This document shows positions 51,012 to 62,500 of a stretch of 64,000 nt of DNA, one piece after another. The number at the start of each line of letters is the position of its first letter. The stretch's first letter is position 1. The stretch is taken from NCBI GenBank assembly GCA_964016885.1, contig OZ024741.1, forward strand, positions 5,518,001 to 5,582,000, in the 5' to 3' direction. The notes under the pieces are model-generated. The model saw only the letters and a list, made by a program, of their open reading frames with translations. It was not told the DNA's origin and did no database searches. This DNA is from Eledone cirrhosa (taxonomy: Eukaryota). Position numbers and translations under genes: made by a program.

Positions 51012-54000
51012 AGGTTATTACAGTGGTCCACTTGAGGTGGCTATTACAGTGGTCCACTTGAGGAGGCTATTACAGTGGTCCACTTGAGGAGGTTATTACA
51101 GTGGTCCACTTGAGGAGGTTATTACAGTGGTCCACTTGAGGTTATTACAGTGGTCCAATTGAGGAGGTTATTACAGTGGTCCACTTGAGGAGGTTATTAC
51201 AGTGGTCCACTTGAGGTTATTACAGTGTTCCACTTGAGGTGGTTACTACAGTGGTCCACTTGAGGAGGTTATTACAGTGGTCCACTTGAGGTTATTACAG
51301 TGGTCCACTTGAGGAGGCTATTACAGTGGTCCACTTAAGGTTATTACAGTGGTCCACTTGAGGAGGTTATTACAGTGGCCCAGTTGAGGAGGTTATTACA
51401 GTGGTCCACTTGAGGCTATTACAGTGGTCCACTTGAGGAGGCCATTACAGTGGTCCACTTGAGGTTATTACAGTGGTCCACTTGAGGAGGCTATTACAGC
51501 GGTCCAATTGAGGTTATTACAGTGGTCCACTTGAGGAGGTTATTACAGTGGTCCACTTGAGGTTATTACAGTGGTCCACTTGAGGAGGCTATTACAGTGG
51601 TCCACTTGAGAAGGTTATTACAGTGGCCCACTTGAGGTTATTACAGTGGTCCACTTGAGGATGTTTTTAGAGTTGTCAACTTGAGGAGGTTATTACAGTG
51701 GTCCAATTGAGAAGGGTATTACAGTGGTCCACTTGAGGAGGCTATTACAGTGGTCCACTTGAGAAGGTCATTACAGTGGCCCACTTGAGGTTATTACAGT
51801 GGTCCACTTGAGGATGTTTTTAGAGTTGTCCACTTGAGGAGGTTATTACAGTGGTCCAATTGATAAGGTTATTACAGTGGTCCACTTGAGGTCATTACAG
51901 TGGTCCACTTGAGGTGGTTATTACAGCGGTCCACTTGAGGTTATTAAAGTAGTCCAATTGAGGTTATTACAGTGGTCCACTTGAGGTTATTCCAGTGGTC
52001 CACTTGAGGAGGTTATTACAGTGGTCCACTTGAGGTTATTACAGTGGTCCACTTGAGGTTATTACAGTGGTCCACTTGTAGGGGTTATTACAGTGGTGCA
52101 CTTCAGGTTATTACAGTGGTCCACATGAGGATTTTATTACAGTGGTCCACTTGAGGTGGCTATTACAGTGGTCCACTTGAGGAGGTTATTACAGTGGTCC
52201 ACTTGAGGTTATTACAGTGGTCCACTTGAGGTTATTACAGTGGTCCACTTGAGAAGGTTATTACAGTGGTCCACTTGAGGAGGTTATTACAATGGTCCAC
52301 TTGGGGAGGTTATTACAGTGGTCCTCTTGAGGAGGCTATTACAGTGGTCCACTTGAGGTTATTACAGTGGTCCACTTGAGGAGGTTATTACAGTGGTCCA
52401 CTTGAGGAGGCTATTACAGTGGTCCACTTGAGGTTATTACAGTGGTCCACTTGAGGAGGTTATTACAGTGGTCCACTTGAGGAGGTTATTACAGTGGTCC
52501 ACTTGAGGTTAATACAGAGGTCCACTTGAGGAGGTTATTACAGTGGTCCACTTGAGGTTATTACAGTGGTCCATTTGAGGAGGTTATTACAGTGGTCCAC
52601 TTGAGGAGGTTATTACAGTGGTCCACTTGAGGTTATTACAGTGGTCCACTTGTAGAGGTTATTACAGTGGTGCACTTCAGGTTATTACAGTGGTCCACAT
52701 GAGGATTTTATTACAGTGGTCCACTTGAGGTAGCTATTACAGTGGTCCACTTGAGGAGGTTATTACAGTGGTCCACTTTAGGTTATTACAGTGGTCCACC
52801 TGAGGTTATTACAGTGGTCCACTTGAGGAGGTTATTACAGTGGTCCACTTCAGGTTATTACAGTGGTGCACTTGAGGAGCCTATTACAGTGGTCCACTTG
52901 AGGTTATTAAAGTGGTCCACTTGAGGAGGTTATTACAGTGGTACATTTTAGGTGGCTATTACAGTGGTCCACTTGAGGAGGTTATTACAGTGGTCCACTT
53001 GAGGAGGTTATTACAGTGGTCCACTTGAGGAGGTTATTACAGTGGTCCACTTGAGGTTATTACAGTGGTCCACGTGAGGAGGCTATTACAGTGGTCCACT
53101 TGAGGTGGCTATTACAGTGGTCCACTTGACGAGGTTATTACGGTGGTCCACTTGAGGAGGCTATTACAGTGGTCCACTTGAGGAGGCTATTACAGAGGTC
53201 CACTTGAGGTGGCTATTACAGTGGTCCACTTGAGGTTATTACAGTGGTCCACTTGAGGAGGTTATTACAGTGGTCCACTTGAGGTTATTACAGTGGTCCA
53301 CGTGAGGAGGCTATTACAGTGGTCCACTTGAGGAGGCTATTACAGTGGTCCACTTGAGGAGGCTATTACAGTGGTCCACTTGAGGTTATTACAGTGGTCC
53401 ACTTGAGTAGGCTATTACAGAGGTCCACTTGAGGTTATTACAGTGGTCCACTTGAGGTTATTACAGTGGTCTTCTTGATGTTATTACAGTGGTCCACTTG
53501 AAGTTATTACAGTGGTCCACTTGAGGAGGCTATTACAGAGGTCCACTTGAGATTATTACAGTGGTCCACTTGAGGAGGTTATTACAGTGGTCCACTTAAG
53601 GAGGTTATTACAGTGGTCCACTTGAGGAGACTATTACAGTGGTTCACTTGAGGAGGTTATTACAGTGGTCCACTTGAGGAGGTTATTACAGTGGTCCACT
53701 TGAGGTTATTACAGTGGTCCAATTGAGGAGGTTATTACAGTGGTCCACTTGAGGAGGCTATTACAGTGGTCCATTTGAGGTTATTACAGTGGTCCACTTG
53801 AGGAGGTTATTACAGTGGTCCACTTGAGGTTATTACAGTGGTCCACTTGAGGTTATTACAGTTGTCCACTTGAGGTTATTACAGTGGTCCACTTGAGGAG
53901 GCTATTACAGTGGTCCACTTGAGGTTATTACAGTGATCCACTTGAGGAGGTTATTACAGTGGTCCACTTGAGGTTATTACAGTGGTCCACTTGAGGTTAT

Positions 54001-57000
54001 TACAGTTGTCCACTTGAGGAGGCTATTACAGTGGTCCACTTGAGGTTATTACAGTGGTCCACTTGAGGAAGCTATTACAGTGGTCCACTTGAGGTTATTA
54101 CAGTGGTCCACTTGAGGAGGCTATTACAGTGGTCCACTTGAGGTTATTACAGTGGTCCACTTGAGGAGGTTATTACAGTGGTCCACTTGAGGAGGCTAGT
54201 ACAGTGGTCCACTTGAGGTTATTACAGTGGTCCACTTGAGGAGGTTATTACAGTGGTCCACTTGAGGAGGTTATTACAGTGGTCCACTTGAGGTTAATAC
54301 AGAGGTCCACTTGAGGAGGTTATTACAGTGGTCCATTTGAGGAGGTTATTACAGTGGTCCACTTGAGGAGGTTATTACAGTGGTCCACTTGAGGTTATTA
54401 CAGTGGTCCACTTCAGGAGGCTATTACAGTGGTCCACTTGAAGAGGCTATTACAGTGGTCCACTTGAGAAGGTTATTACAGTGGTCCTCTTGAGGTTATT
54501 ACAGTGGTCCACTTGAGGAGGCTATTAGAGTGGTCCACTTGAGGAGGTTATTACAGTGGTCCACTTGAGAAGGTTATTACAGTGGTTCACTTGAGGTTAT
54601 TACAGTGGTCAACTTGAGGAGGCTATTACAGTGGTCCACTTGAGGTGGTTATTACAGCGGTCCACTTGAGGTTATTACAGTGGTCCACTTGAGGCTATTA
54701 CAGTGGTCCACTTGCGGAGGCTATTACAGAGGTCCACTTGAGGAGGTTATTATAGGGGTCCACTTGAGGTGGTTATTACAGTGGTCCACTTGAGAAGGTT
54801 ATTACGGTGGTCCAGTTTAGGTTATTACAGTGGTCCACTTGTGGAGGTTATTACAGTGGTCAACTTGAGGTTATTACAGTGGTCCACTTGAGGAGGTTAT
54901 TACAGTGGTCCACTTGAAGAGGTTATTACAGTGGTCCACTTGAGGTTATTACAGTGGTCCACTTGAGGAGGTTATTACAGTGGTCCACTTCAGGTTATTA
55001 CAGTGGTCCACTTGAGGTGGCTATTACAGTGGTCCACTTGAGGAGGCTATTACAGTGGTCCACTTGAGGAGGTTATTACAGTGGTCCACTTGAGGAGGTT
55101 ATTACAGTGGTCCACTTGAGGTGGCTATTACAGTGGTTCACTTGAGGTTATTACAGTGGTCCAATTGAGGAGGTTATTACAGTGGTCCACTTGAGGTTAT
55201 TACAGTGGTCCAATTGAGGAGGTTATTACAGTGGTCCACTTGAGGAGGTTATTACAGTGGTCCACTTGAGGTTATTACAGTGTTCCACTTGAGGTGGTTA
55301 CTACAGTGGTCCACTTGAGGAGGTTATTACAGTGGTCCACTTGAGGTTATTACAGTGGTCCACTTGAGGACGCTATTACAGTGGTCCACTTAAGGTTATT
55401 ACAGTGGTCCACTTGAGGAGGTTATTACAGTGGTCCACTTGAGGCTATTACAGTGGTCCACTTGAGGAGGCCATTACAGTGGTCCACTTGAGGTTATTAC
55501 AGTGGTCCACTTGAGGAGGCTATTACAGCGGTCCACTTGAGGTTATTACAGTGGTCCACTTGAGGTTATTACAGTGGTCCACTTGAGGAGGCTATTACAG
55601 TGGTCCACTTGAGAAGGTTATTACAGTGGCCCACTTGAGGTTATAACAGTGGTCCACTTGAGGATGTTTTTAGAGTTGTCCACTTGAGGAGGTTATTACA
55701 GTGGTCCAATTGAGAAGGGTATTACAGTGGTCCACTTGAGGAGGCTATTACAGTGGTCCACTTGAGAAGGTCATTACAGTGGCCCACTTGAGGTTATTAC
55801 AGTGGTCCACTTGAGGATGTTTTTAGAGTTGTCCACTTGAGGAGGTTATTACAGTGGTCCAATTGAGAAGGTTATTACAGTGGTCCACTTGAGGTCATTA
55901 CAGTGGTCCACTTGAGATGGTTATTACAGCGGTCCACTTGAGGTTATTAAAGTAGTCCAATTGAGGTTATTACAGTGGTCCACTTGAGGTTATTCCAGTG
56001 GTCCACTTGAGGAGGTTATTACAGTGGTCCACTTGAGGTTATTACAGTGGTCCACTTGAGGTTATTACAGTGGTCCACTTGTAGGGGTTATTACAGTGGT
56101 GCACATCAGGTTATTACAGTGGTCCACATGAGGTGGCTATTACAGTGGTCCACTTGAGGAGGTTATTACAGTGGTCCACTTGAGGTTATTACAGTGGTCC
56201 ACTTGAGGTTATTACAGTGGTCCACTTGAGAAGGTTATTACAGTGGTCCACTTGAGGAGGTTATTACAATGGTCCACTTGGGGAGGTTATTACAGTGGTC
56301 CACATGAGGTGGCTATTACAGTGGTCCACTTGAGGAGGTTATTACAGTGGTCCACTTGAGGTTATTACAGTGGTCCACTTGAGGTTATTACAGTGGTCCA
56401 CTTGAGAAGGTTATTACAGTGGTCCACTTGAGGAGGTCATTACAGTGGTCCACTTGAGGTGGTTATTACAGCGGTCCACTTGAGGTTATTAAAGTAGTCC
56501 AATTGAGGTTATTACAGTGGTCCACTTGAGGTTATTCCAGTGGTCCACTTGAGGAGGTTATTACAGTGGTCCACTTGAGGTTATTACAGTGGTCCACTTG
56601 AGGTTATTACAGTGGTCCACTTGTAGGGGTTATTACAGTGGTGCACATCAGGTTATTACAGTGGTCCACATGAGGTGGCTATTACAGTGGTCCACTTGAG
56701 GAGGTTATTACAGTGGTCCACTTGAGGTTATTACAGTGGTCCACTTGAGGTTATTACAGTGGTCCACTTGAGAAGGTTATTACAGTGGTCCACTTGAGGA
56801 GGTTATTACAATGGTCCACTTGGGGAGGTTATTAAAGTGGTCCTCTTGAGGAGGCTATTACAGTGGTCCACTTGATGTTATTACAGTCGTCCACTTGAGG
56901 AGGTTATTACAGTGGTCCACTTGAGGAGGCTATTACAGTGGTCCACTTGAGGTTATTACAGTGGTCCACTTGAGGAGGTTATTACAGTGGTCCACTTGAG

Positions 57001-59532
57001 GAGGTTATTACAGTGGTCCACTTGAGGTTAATACAGAGGTCCACTTGAGGAGGTTATTACAGTGGTCCACTTGAGGTTATTACAGTGGTCCATTTGAGGA
57101 GGTTATTACAGTGGTCCACTTGAGGAGGTTATTACAGTGGTCCACTTGAGGTTATTACAGTGGTCCACTTGTAGAGGTTATTACAGTGGTGCACTTCAGG
57201 TTATTACAGTGATCCACATGAGGATTTTATTACAGTGGTCCACTTGAGGTAGCTATTACAGTGGTCCACTTGAGGAGGTTATTACAGTGGTCCACTTTAG
57301 GTTATTACAGTGGTCCACCTGAGGTTATTACAGTGGTCCACTTGAGGAGGTTATTACAGTGGTCCACTTCAGGTTATTACAGTGGTGCACTTGAGGAGCC
57401 TATTACAGTGGTCCACTTGAGGTTATTAAAGTGGTCCACTTGAGGAGGTTATTACAGTGGTATATTTTAGGTGGCTATTACAGTGGTCCACTTGAGGAGG
57501 TTATTACAGTGGTCCACTTGAGGAGGTTATTACAGTGGTCCACTTGAGGAGGTTATTACAGTGGTCCACTTGAGGTTATTACAGTGGTCCACGTGAGGAG
57601 GCTATTACAGTGGTCCACTTGAGGTGGCTATTACAGTGGTCCACTTGACGAGGTTATTACGGTGGTCCACTTGAGGAGGCTATTACAGTGGTCCACTTGA
57701 GGAGGCTATTACAGAGGTCCACTTGAGGTGGTTATTACAGTGGTCCACTTGAGGTTATTACAGTGGTCCACTTGAGGAGGTTATTACAGTGGTCCACTTG
57801 AGGTTATTACAGTGGTCCACGTGAGGAGGCTATTACAGTGGTCCACTTGAGGAGGCTATTACAGTGGTCCACTTCAGGTTATTACAGTGGTGCACTTGAG
57901 GAGCCTATTACAGTGGTCCACTTGAGGTTATTAAAGTGGTCCACTTGAGGATGTTATTACAGTGGTACAGCTTAGGTGGCTATTACAGTGGTCCACTTGA
58001 GGAGGTTATTACAGTGGTCCACTTGAGGAGGTTATTACAGTGGTCCACTTGAGGAGGTTATTACAGTGGTCCACTTGAGGTTATTACAGTGGTCCACGTG
58101 AGGAGGCTATTACAGTGGTCCACTTGAGGTGGCTATTACAGTGGTCCACTTGACGAGGTTATTACGGTGGTCCACTTGAGGAGGCTATTACAGTGGTCAA
58201 CTTGAGGTGGCTATTACAGTGGTCCACTTGAGGTTATTACAGTGGTCCACTTGAGGAGGTTATTACAGTGGTTCACTTGAGGTTATTACAGTGGTCCACG
58301 TGAGGAGGCTATTACAGTGGTCCACTTGAGGAGGCTATTACAGTGGTCCACTTGAGGAGGCTATTACAGTGGTCCACTTGAGGTTATTACAGTTGTCCAC
58401 TTGAGGAAGCTATTACAGTGGTCCACTTGAGGTTATTACAGTGGTCCACTTGAGGAAGCTATTACAGTGGTCCACTTGAGGTTATTACAGTGGTCCACTT
58501 GAGGAGGCTATTACAGTGGTCCACTTGAGGTTATTACAGTGGTCCACTTGAGGAGGTTATTACAGTGGTCCACTTGAGGAGGCTATTACAGTGGTCCACT
58601 TGAGGTTATTACAGTGGTCCACTTGAGGAGGTTATTACAGTGGTCCACTTGAGGAGGTTATTACAGTGGTCCACTTGAGGTTAATACAGAGGTCCACTTG
58701 AGGAGGTTATTACAGTGGTCCACTTGAGGTTATTACAGTGGTCCATTTGAGGAGGTTATTACAGTGGTCCACTTGAGGAGGTTATTACAGTGGTCCACTT
58801 GAGGTTATTACAGTGGTCCACTTCAGGAGGCTATTACAGTGGTCCACTTGAAGAGGCTATTACAGTGGTCCACTTGAGAAGGTTATTACAGTGGTCCTCT
58901 TGAGGTTATTACAGTGGTCCACTTGAGGAGGCTATTAGAGTGGTCCACTTGAGGAGGTTATTACAGTGGTCCACTTGAGAAGGTTATTACAGTGGTTCAC
59001 TTGAGGTTATTACAGTGGTCAACTTGAGGAGGCTATTACAGTGGTCCACTTGAGGTGGTTATTACAGCGGTCCACTTGAGGTTATTACAGTGGTCCACTT
59101 GAGGCTATTACAGTGGTCCACTTGCGGAGGCTATTACAGAGGTCCACTTGAGGAGGTTATTATAGGGGTCCACTTGAGGTGGTTATTACAGTGGTCCACT
59201 TGAGAAGGTTATTACGGTGGTCCAGTTTAGGTTATTACAGTGGTCCACTTGTGGAGGTTATTACAGTGGTCAACTTGAGGTTATTACAGTGGTCCACTTG
59301 AGGAGGTTATTACAGTGGTCCACTTGAAGAGGTTATTACAGTGGTCCACTTGAGGTTATTACAGTGGTCCACTTGAGGAGGTTATTACAGTGGTCCACTT
59401 CAGGTTATTACAGTGGTCCACTTGAGGTGGCTATTACAGTGGTCCACTTGAGGAGGCTATTACAGTGGTCCACTTGAGGAGGTTATTACAGTGGTCCACT
59501 TGAGGAGGTTATTACAGTGGTCCACTTGAGGT
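51012..59532 (+). repeat. Block Z', second copy of the 8,390-bp tandem duplication
   Basis: Constant offset of 8,390 from 51012 to 59532. The only difference I noticed is C48445 vs A56835. Confidence 0.94.
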
Positions 59533-62500
59533 GGCTATTACAGTGGTTCACTTGAGGTTATTACAGTGGTCCAATTGAGGAGGTTATTACAGTGGTCCAC
59601 TTGAGGTTATTACAGTGGTCCAATTGAGGAGGTTATTACAGTGGTCCACTTGAGGAGGTTATTACAGTGGTCCACTTGAGGTTATTACAGTCTTCCACTT
59701 GAGGTGGTTACTACAGTGGTCCACTTGAGGAGGTTATTACAGTGGTCCACTTGAGGTTATTACAGTGGTCCACTTGAGGACGCTATTACAGTGGTCCACT
59801 TAAGGTTATTACAGTGGTCCACTTGAGGAGGTTATTACAGTGGTCCACTTGAGGCTATTACAGTGGTCCACTTGAGGAGGCCATTACAGTGGTCCACTTG
59901 AGGTTATTACAGTGGTCCACTTGAGGAGGCTATTACAGCGGTCCACTTGAGGTTATTACAGTGGTCCACTTGAGGTTATTACAGTGGTCCACTTGAGGAG
60001 GCTATTACAGTGGTCCACTTGAGAAGGTTATTACAGTGGCCCACTTGAGGTTATAACAGTGGTCCACTTGAGGATGTTTTTAGAGTTGTCCACTTGAGGA
60101 GGTTATTACAGTGGTCCAATTGAGAAGGGTATTACAGTGGTCCACTTGAGGAGGCTATTACAGTGGTCCACTTGAGAAGGTCATTACAGTGGCCCACTTG
60201 AGGTTATTACAGTGGTCCACTTGAGGATGTTTTTAGAGTTGTCCACTTGAGGAGGTTATTACAGTGGTCCAATTGAGAAGGTTATTACAGTGGTCCACTT
60301 GAGGTCATTACAGTGGTCCACTTGAGGTGGTTATTACAGCGGTCCACTTGAGGTTATTAAAGTAGTCCAATTGAGGTTATTACAGTGGTCCACTTGAGGT
60401 TATTCCAGTGGTCCACTTGAGGAGGTTATTACAGTGGTCCACTTGAGGTTATTACAGTGGTCCACTTGAGGTTATTACAGTGGTCCACTTGTAGGGGTTA
60501 TTACAGTGGTGCACATCAGGTTATTACAGTGGTCCACATGAGGTGGCTATTACAGTGGTCCACTTGAGGAGGTTATTACAGTGGTCCACTTGAGGTTATT
60601 ACAGTGGTCCACTTGAGGTTATTACAGTGGTCCACTTGAGAAGGTTATTACAGTGGTCCACTTGAGGAGGTTATTACAATGGTCCACTTGGGGAGGTTAT
60701 TACAGTGGTCCACATGAGGTGGCTATTACAGTGGTCCACTTGAGGAGGTTATTACAGTGGTCCACTTGAGGTTATTACAGTGGTCCACTTGAGGTTATTA
60801 CAGTGGTCCACTTGAGAAGGTTATTACAGTGGTCCACTTGAGGAGGTCATTACAGTGGTCCACTTGAGGTGGTTATTACAGCGGTCCAATTGAGGTTATT
60901 AAAGTAGTCCAATTGAGGTTATTACAGTGGTCCACTTGAGGTTATTCCAGTGGTCCACTTGAGGAGGTTATTACAGTGGTCCACTTGAGGTTATTACAGT
61001 GGTCCACTTGAGGTTATTACAGTGGTCCACTTGTAGGGGTTATTACAGTGGTGCACATCAGGTTATTACAGTGGTCCACATGAGGTGGCTATTACAGTGG
61101 TCCACTTGAGGAGGTTATTACAGTGGTCCACTTGAGGTTATTACAGTGGTCCACTTGAGGTTATTACAGTGGTCCACTTGAGAAGGTTATTACAGTGGTC
61201 CACTTGAGGAGGTTATTACAATGGTCCACTTGGGGAGGTTATTACAGTGGTCCTCTTGAGGAGGCTATTACAGTGGTCCACTTGATGTTATTACAGTCGT
61301 CCACTTGAGGAGGTTATTACAGTGGTCCACTTGAGGAGGCTATTACAGTGGTCCACTTGAGGTTATTACAGTGGTCCAATTGAGGAGGTTATTACAGTGG
61401 TCCACTTGAGGAGGTTATTACAGTGGTCCACTTGAGGTTAATACAGAGGTCCACTTGAGGAGGTTATTACAGTGGTCCACTTGAGGTTATTACAGTGGTC
61501 CATTTGAGGAGGTTATTACAGTGGTCCACTTGAGGAGGTTATTACAGTGGTCCACTTGAGGTTATTACAGTGGTCCACTTGTAGAGGTTATTACAGTGGT
61601 GCACTTCAGGTTATTACAGTGATCCACATGAGGATTTTATTACAGTGGTCCACTTGAGGTAGCTATTACAGTGGTCCACTTGAGGAGGTTATTACAGTGG
61701 TCCACTTTAGGTTATTACAGTGGTCCACCTGAGGTTATTACAGTGGTCCACTTGAGGAGGTTATTACAGTGGTCCACTTCAGGTTATTACAGTGGTGCAC
61801 TTGAGGAGCCTATTACAGTGGTCCACTTGAGGTTATTAAAGTGGTCCACTTGAGGAGGTTATTACAGTGGTATATTTTAGGTGGCTATTACAGTGGTCCA
61901 CTTGAGGAGGTTATTACAGTGGTCCACTTGAGGAGGTTATTACAGTGGTCCACTTGAGGAGGTTATTACAGTGGTCCACTTGAGGTTATTACAGTGGTCC
62001 ACGTGAGGAGGCTATTACAGTGGTCCACTTGAGGTGGCTATTGCAGTGGTCCACTTGACGAGGTTATTACGGTGGTCCACTTGAGGTTTTTACAGTGGTC
62101 CACTTGAGGTTATTACAGTGGTCCACTTGAGGAGGCTATTACAGTGGTCCACTTGATGTTATTACAGTTGTCCACTTGAGGAAGCTATTACAGTGGTCCA
62201 CTTGAGGTTATTACAGTGGTCCACTTGAGGAGGCTATTACAGTGGTCCACTTGAGGTTATTACAGTGGTCCACTTGAGGAGGCTATTACAGTTGTCCACT
62301 TGATGTTATTACAGTGGTCCACTTGTGGAGGTTATTACAGTGGTCCACTTGAGGTTTTTACAGTGGTCCACTTGAGGTTATTACAGTGGTCCACTTGAGG
62401 AGGCTATTACAGTGGTCCACTTGATGTTATTACAGTTGTCCACTTGAGGAAGCTATTACAGTGGTCCACTTGAGGTTATTACAGTGGTCCACTTGAGGAG

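Noticed and set aside
383-61853. Twelve 60-aa ORFs (MVHLRRLLQWST...) as protein-coding genes
   Set aside because: They are the satellite translated across two in-phase TGA-to-TTA/TCA variants. The homologous block at 33718 is broken by a 1-bp deletion, and there is no recognisable domain.
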